Source: an uncultured bacterium
GTDB taxonomy: Bacteria; SAR324; NAC60-12
Direction of reading: 5' to 3'
DNA: 19,656 nucleotides
Assembly: GCA_965662845.1 (NCBI GenBank)
Contig: CBFIJD010000048.1
Span: 1 to 19,656, forward strand
Part shown: piece after piece, positions 15,918 through 19,656 of the stretch
How the letters are laid out: every line of letters begins with the position of its first letter
How positions within the stretch are numbered: position 1 is the stretch's first letter
The notes under the pieces: model-generated
Told to the model about the DNA's origin: nothing
What the model saw: the letters and a program-made list of their open reading frames with translations, nothing else
Database searches by the model: none
Made by a program: the position numbers and the translations under genes

Positions 15918-17089
15918 CGGCACCGGAATGCGTTAGCGGATGGCGCGTTGTCGTCCATCACAATCGTGACTTGAATCGGGGAGGTGTCATCGCCTTGGGC
16001 GACCCCACGGTTGACGTCTAAGTAGAGCTTGATGGCTTCCCCTTTGAGGTTGTACTGCGCAGAGTTCACCTCAGCGTTCCCTTCTAACATAATCGTTTGG
16101 GTGGCTTGGTTCATCCGAGCGTAATCAGCGCGTGCGACGCGACCGGGTTGCTCTACGCAGACCTCACGCTCGGCATAGACGGTCTCCACCTGCTGGAGTG
16201 CGTCAAAATCAATTTGAATCCGCCCACCGAAGACGCGAATCTCCTCAGGATCCTTCTCGAGTTCGACTTCTCCTTCCAGCAAGATGCGCCGTCGCTCATT
16301 GTTGAGCGTGGCTTGTAGCGCCTTCATGCGGACCATCTCTGGGTTCGCAGAGGGCTCTGGAACAGGTTCTAGCGCGTCGAAGAGCCGCGCGCGCTCGACC
16401 TCGTCCAAATTGAGCAGCACGGTCGCCGGTGTGGCAGAGTCTTGGCCGCGCAGGAACACTTGTTGGCGCTCCAAATCAAACTCCACCAAATCACCAGTGA
16501 CCTGACCTTGGGCGGATTCAGCCTCGAATCGTTCACTGAAGCGGGCCATGCGTAGCGGGCCTTTCAGATCTGGGCCTTCAAAACCGACCTCCGCTTGTTC
16601 ATAAAACAGAGAGCCAGCCTGCAAACTTCGCTCCCACTGGTTGACCTTCACTTGGCCTTCGCTGCGCATCTTCTCATAAAGCTCTAGGCGCACCAGATTC
16701 AGCAATTCGGAGGTGAAACGGAGATTCTCGCGTGGCACCGTCCCTCTCACATCTCCACGGAACGTGAGTTCTCCTTTGCGCTGATCGCCACTGAACTCTT
16801 GTGCCTGCAGCTGCAGCCGGCGCATCTCGGCGAACTGTTCAATGGAGGCGAGCGCCTCGGTGTTCGGCGGATGCGGCAACTTCTGCAGGGCTTGTCGCAG
16901 CGCATCCCACGACTCGAAGCGGGTGCCGCGCAGCGCGCGCATGTCTTGCAGAGTCTCAAGAGAGACCTTGTCCCGTCGCAAATGCACGAGTGTGTTGTGC
17001 TCAAGCAGAAAGGCAGGGCCTCCCTGTGCCCAAGCCGAGGTGAGACAACTGGCTCCAAACAACAGCGAAATGCAGAGACGACGCAACAT
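15914..17089 (-). CDS. LptA/OstA-like periplasmic beta-jellyroll protein, extended (391 aa)
   Basis: Signal peptide (...SAWA|Q). Two OstA-like units: LQLQAQEFSGDQRKGELTFRGDV...GQVTGDLVEFDL and VRMKALQATLNNERRRILLEGEV...ARADYARMNQATQTIMLEGNAEVNSAQYNLKGEAIKLYL. Confidence 0.75.
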   Translation of the reverse strand: MLRRLCISLLFGASCLTSAWAQGGPAFLLEHNTLVHLRRDKVSLETLQDMRALRGTRFESWDALRQALQKLPHPPNTEALASIEQFAEMRRLQLQAQEFSGDQRKGELTFRGDVRGTVPRENLRFTSELLNLVRLELYEKMRSEGQVKVNQWERSLQAGSLFYEQAEVGFEGPDLKGPLRMARFSERFEAESAQGQVTGDLVEFDLERQQVFLRGQDSATPATVLLNLDEVERARLFDALEPVPEPSANPEMVRMKALQATLNNERRRILLEGEVELEKDPEEIRVFGGRIQIDFDALQQVETVYAEREVCVEQPGRVARADYARMNQATQTIMLEGNAEVNSAQYNLKGEAIKLYLDVNRGVAQGDDTSPIQVTIVMDDNAPSANAFRCR

Positions 17090-17092
17090 GGC

Positions 17093-18694
17093 TTACCGTG
17101 ATTGAGAGTGTTTGAACTGCTGGGCAGCCTTCACAAAAGCAGCGAACAGGGGATGAGGGGCAAAGGGCTTCGATTGCAGCTCGGGGTGATATTGGCAGCC
17201 GATGAACCACGGGTGCTCGGGCAGCTCGATCGTCTCGACCAAGTCGCGCTCGGGGTTTCGTCCTGAAATGACCAACCCGGCTTCTTGCAAGCGAGGCAAA
17301 AATTGATTCATCACTTCATAGCGGTGGCGATGACGCTCTCGGATGTTCGTTTGTTGATAAACTTCGGCAATGCGCGAGCCTTCTTTCAATCGGGCAGCGT
17401 ACGATCCTAGCCGCATGGTGCCCCCCGTGTTCTGCTGCCCCTGTTGGTCAGGCATGAGGTCGATCACATTGTTCGGGTGTGCCGTCCGAAACTCTGCGGA
17501 GTCCGCGTCGTGGATGCCCGCGACGTTGCGCGCAAACTCAATGACAGCCATTTGCATTCCAAGACAAATTCCCAGAAACGGGATTTGCTGCTCACGAGCA
17601 TATTGCACAGCGAAAAGTTTACCGTTTGTGCCGCGCTCGCCAAAGCCTGGAGCGACAAGCACCGCGTGGGCATCCTGCAAAGACTCTGCGAGATTCTCTG
17701 ACGTGATCTCCTCAGAGTTGATGTAGCTCAGGTGGAGGCGCAAATTGGCGGCAATTCCGCCATGGACCAGCGCTTCGTTCAGGCTCTCGTAGGTGTCACG
17801 CTGATTAACGTACTTCCCGACGAAGGCGATGGTCACCTCATCAATGGGGTCTTTGTAAGACTCCACAATGTCGACCCAGTTTTGGAGCTTGGGGCGCCGT
17901 GTCCACATTTGCAGCAGCTCGATGATTTTATCGTCCAGCTTCTGCTTGTGATACATCAGCGGAATTTCATACAGAAAGTCTACGTCGATTCCATCAATGA
18001 CGGCGTCAGCAGAGACATTCGTAAAGAGTGAAATTTTCTCGCGTAGTTTCTCAGGCAAGGGCTCGGGAGTGCGACAGATCAGCATGTCAGGCTGAATACC
18101 AATTTCGCGCAGTTTTCCGACGCTGTGCTGAGTCGGTTTGGTCTTCATCTCCGTCGTGTAGATGATCAGCGTCAGGTGAATGTAGAGCGTGTTCTCGCGT
18201 CCATATTCATGTCGAAATTGGCGGATGGCTTCCAAGAACGGCAGCGATTCGATGTCTCCGACCGTGCCGCCAATCTCTACAATGGCGATGTCTACGTTCT
18301 CGCTGCTGCGCAAGATCGCTTGTTTGATCTCGTCAATGACGTGCGGCACGACTTGCACCGTTGCCCCCAGATATTCACCGGCGCGCTCTTTGCGGATGAT
18401 CGAGTCGTAAATTTGACCGGTTGTGCAGTTGTGGAGGCGAGAGACGGTGGCGTGGGTGTAGCGTTCGTAGTGGCCGAGGTCGAGGTCTGTCTCGGCGCCA
18501 TCTTCTGTGACGTACACTTCCCCGTGCTGAAAGGGGTTCATGGTCCCGGCGTCAATGTTGATGTACGGATCCAGCTTCATCAGGCTGACGGTTAAGCCAC
18601 GACTCTCTAAGAGAGCGCCAATGGACGCGCCGGCGATGCCTTTGCCGAGCCCTGAGACGACGCCGCCCGTGATGAAAATAAACTTAGTTTGCAT
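17093..18694 (-). CDS. pyrG: CTP synthase
   Basis: [69 protein letters not shown], glutaminase [15 protein letters not shown], QYHPE. Confidence 0.98.
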   Translation of the reverse strand: [533 protein letters not shown]

Positions 18695-18880
18695 AGCGTT
18701 CGCGAAGCGGAAGGTGTGAACAAAAGTCAGGAAGGGAGAGACTGGCGAGGAGGTCTTGCACGGATTCTGCCTGTTGACCGTGTGGCGACGTCATGAAGGC
18801 GCGCGCCTTGCGAAAAAAAAAGGAAGCCTATATACAGGTTACCCTTTGAAATGCAATTACATTTTGCCCATGAGGAACGC

Positions 18881-19252
18881 ATGCCTAGTCTGCTTTATGT
18901 TGATCCGGATCTCGCACGCTGGGCAGAAGTGCAACGCTTGTTCGCAAATCAAGCTCAAGCAGAAGTCGCCTTCGATGGCTGGGCTGGATTTGCCGGCGCT
19001 GTGATGCATCAACCCGACATGCTGCTGGTTGAACTCAACGTACCTGTGATGAGCGGAATCGAAATGGTGCGCCTGCTGCGAACCGAGAGCGCCTGCGCGA
19101 ACTTGCCAATTTTCGGATTTGGCGCGCAGGGGATCACGGAAGAGGTGCGTGAGGTGGCGCTGCAAGCTGGTTTCACGCAGTTGGTCGCGTTTCCTTTCTC
19201 CCACGAACTTCCAGAGCAGCTGCTGACGTGGTTGCCAGCCAAGACGGACTAA
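18881..19252 (+). CDS. Single-domain atypical (pseudo-)receiver protein
   Basis: GAGGA RBS at 18872-18876, ATG 18881. CheY-like pattern LLYVD...PDMLLVELNVPVMSGIEMVRLLR...LPIFGF...ALQAGF...FPF. Confidence 0.8.
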   Translation: MPSLLYVDPDLARWAEVQRLFANQAQAEVAFDGWAGFAGAVMHQPDMLLVELNVPVMSGIEMVRLLRTESACANLPIFGFGAQGITEEVREVALQAGFTQLVAFPFSHELPEQLLTWLPAKTD

Positions 19253-19655
19253 TCCCCTCCACGATGCGACTTGCCGTCAGCGCAGGTTTGCCCCACCGTT
19301 CCGAGCCCCAGTCTCCGGCTTTTCCATGCCAATATGCTCCCACGACAGCGGCCACCAGCGGCTCTAAGCCTTGCGCTAACAACCCACCGATCATTCCACT
19401 GAGGACGTCTCCTGATCCGGCCGTTGCCATCCCTGCGTTCCCAGTAGGATTGATGAACACCTCGCCCGTTGGAGCAGCGATCACCGTGAGCGCCCCCTTC
19501 AAGAGCAACACCACGTTCCAGCGCTGCGCCCATGCCCGCGCTGTGGCGACTCGCTGTGTTTGTATCTCTGCGACAGCAAGGCCCGTTAAGCGCGAGAACT
19601 CTTTGGGGTGTGGGGTCAGCACTGCTGGTTGATCTCGCTCAGAGAGCGCTTCAGG
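19173..19655 (-). CDS. nnrD: NAD(P)H-hydrate dehydratase (YjeF C-terminal domain), 3' part only
   Basis: Frame is open to the window edge. VLTPHPKEFSRL, VLLLKGALTVIA, NPTGNAGMATAGSGDVLSG, YWHGKAGD. Confidence 0.93.
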   Translation of the reverse strand, partial: PEALSERDQPAVLTPHPKEFSRLTGLAVAEIQTQRVATARAWAQRWNVVLLLKGALTVIAAPTGEVFINPTGNAGMATAGSGDVLSGMIGGLLAQGLEPLVAAVVGAYWHGKAGDWGSERWGKPALTASRIVEGISPSWLATTSAAALEVRGRKETRPTA

Positions 19656-19656
19656 C

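Noticed and set aside
15345..15974. 209-aa + strand ORF
   Set aside because: Antisense shadow of the FKBP gene with no recognisable motifs.

Overview
A compact, gene-dense bacterial chromosomal segment from a diderm; the pilin, NuoN and pyrG-lptA context suggest a deltaproteobacterial-like lineage (low confidence). No rRNA, tRNA, CRISPR array or mobile element is visible. The + strand block (1-12307) carries ruvC (5'-truncated), a stand-alone nuoN, a type IV pilin, a CsgG/FlgO-fold TPR lipoprotein, an FlgT-N-domain protein, an orphan lpdA, a 1221-aa signal-peptide TPR-CHAT protease, an Ntn isoaspartyl peptidase and an alpha/beta hydrolase. Next come two small exported hypotheticals (-) and a LapA-like gene (+). 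A tightly coupled - strand operon follows: pyrG, tandem-domain LptA-like protein, FKBP, an un-called 53-aa ORF, orphan cheR, divergent cysteine hydrolase. The window ends with an atypical receiver domain (+) and the 3' end of nnrD (-). Most notable: (i) a pilin-lipoprotein-FlgT-like cassette resembling an outer-membrane ring kit with no flagellar genes nearby; (ii) an unnamed ~60-aa helical module shared by the lipoprotein and the LptA-like protein; (iii) an exported caspase-like CHAT protease with a C10 tract between its catalytic residues; (iv) a cheR module without CheB or receptors. All family calls come from motif recognition by eye, not database searches.
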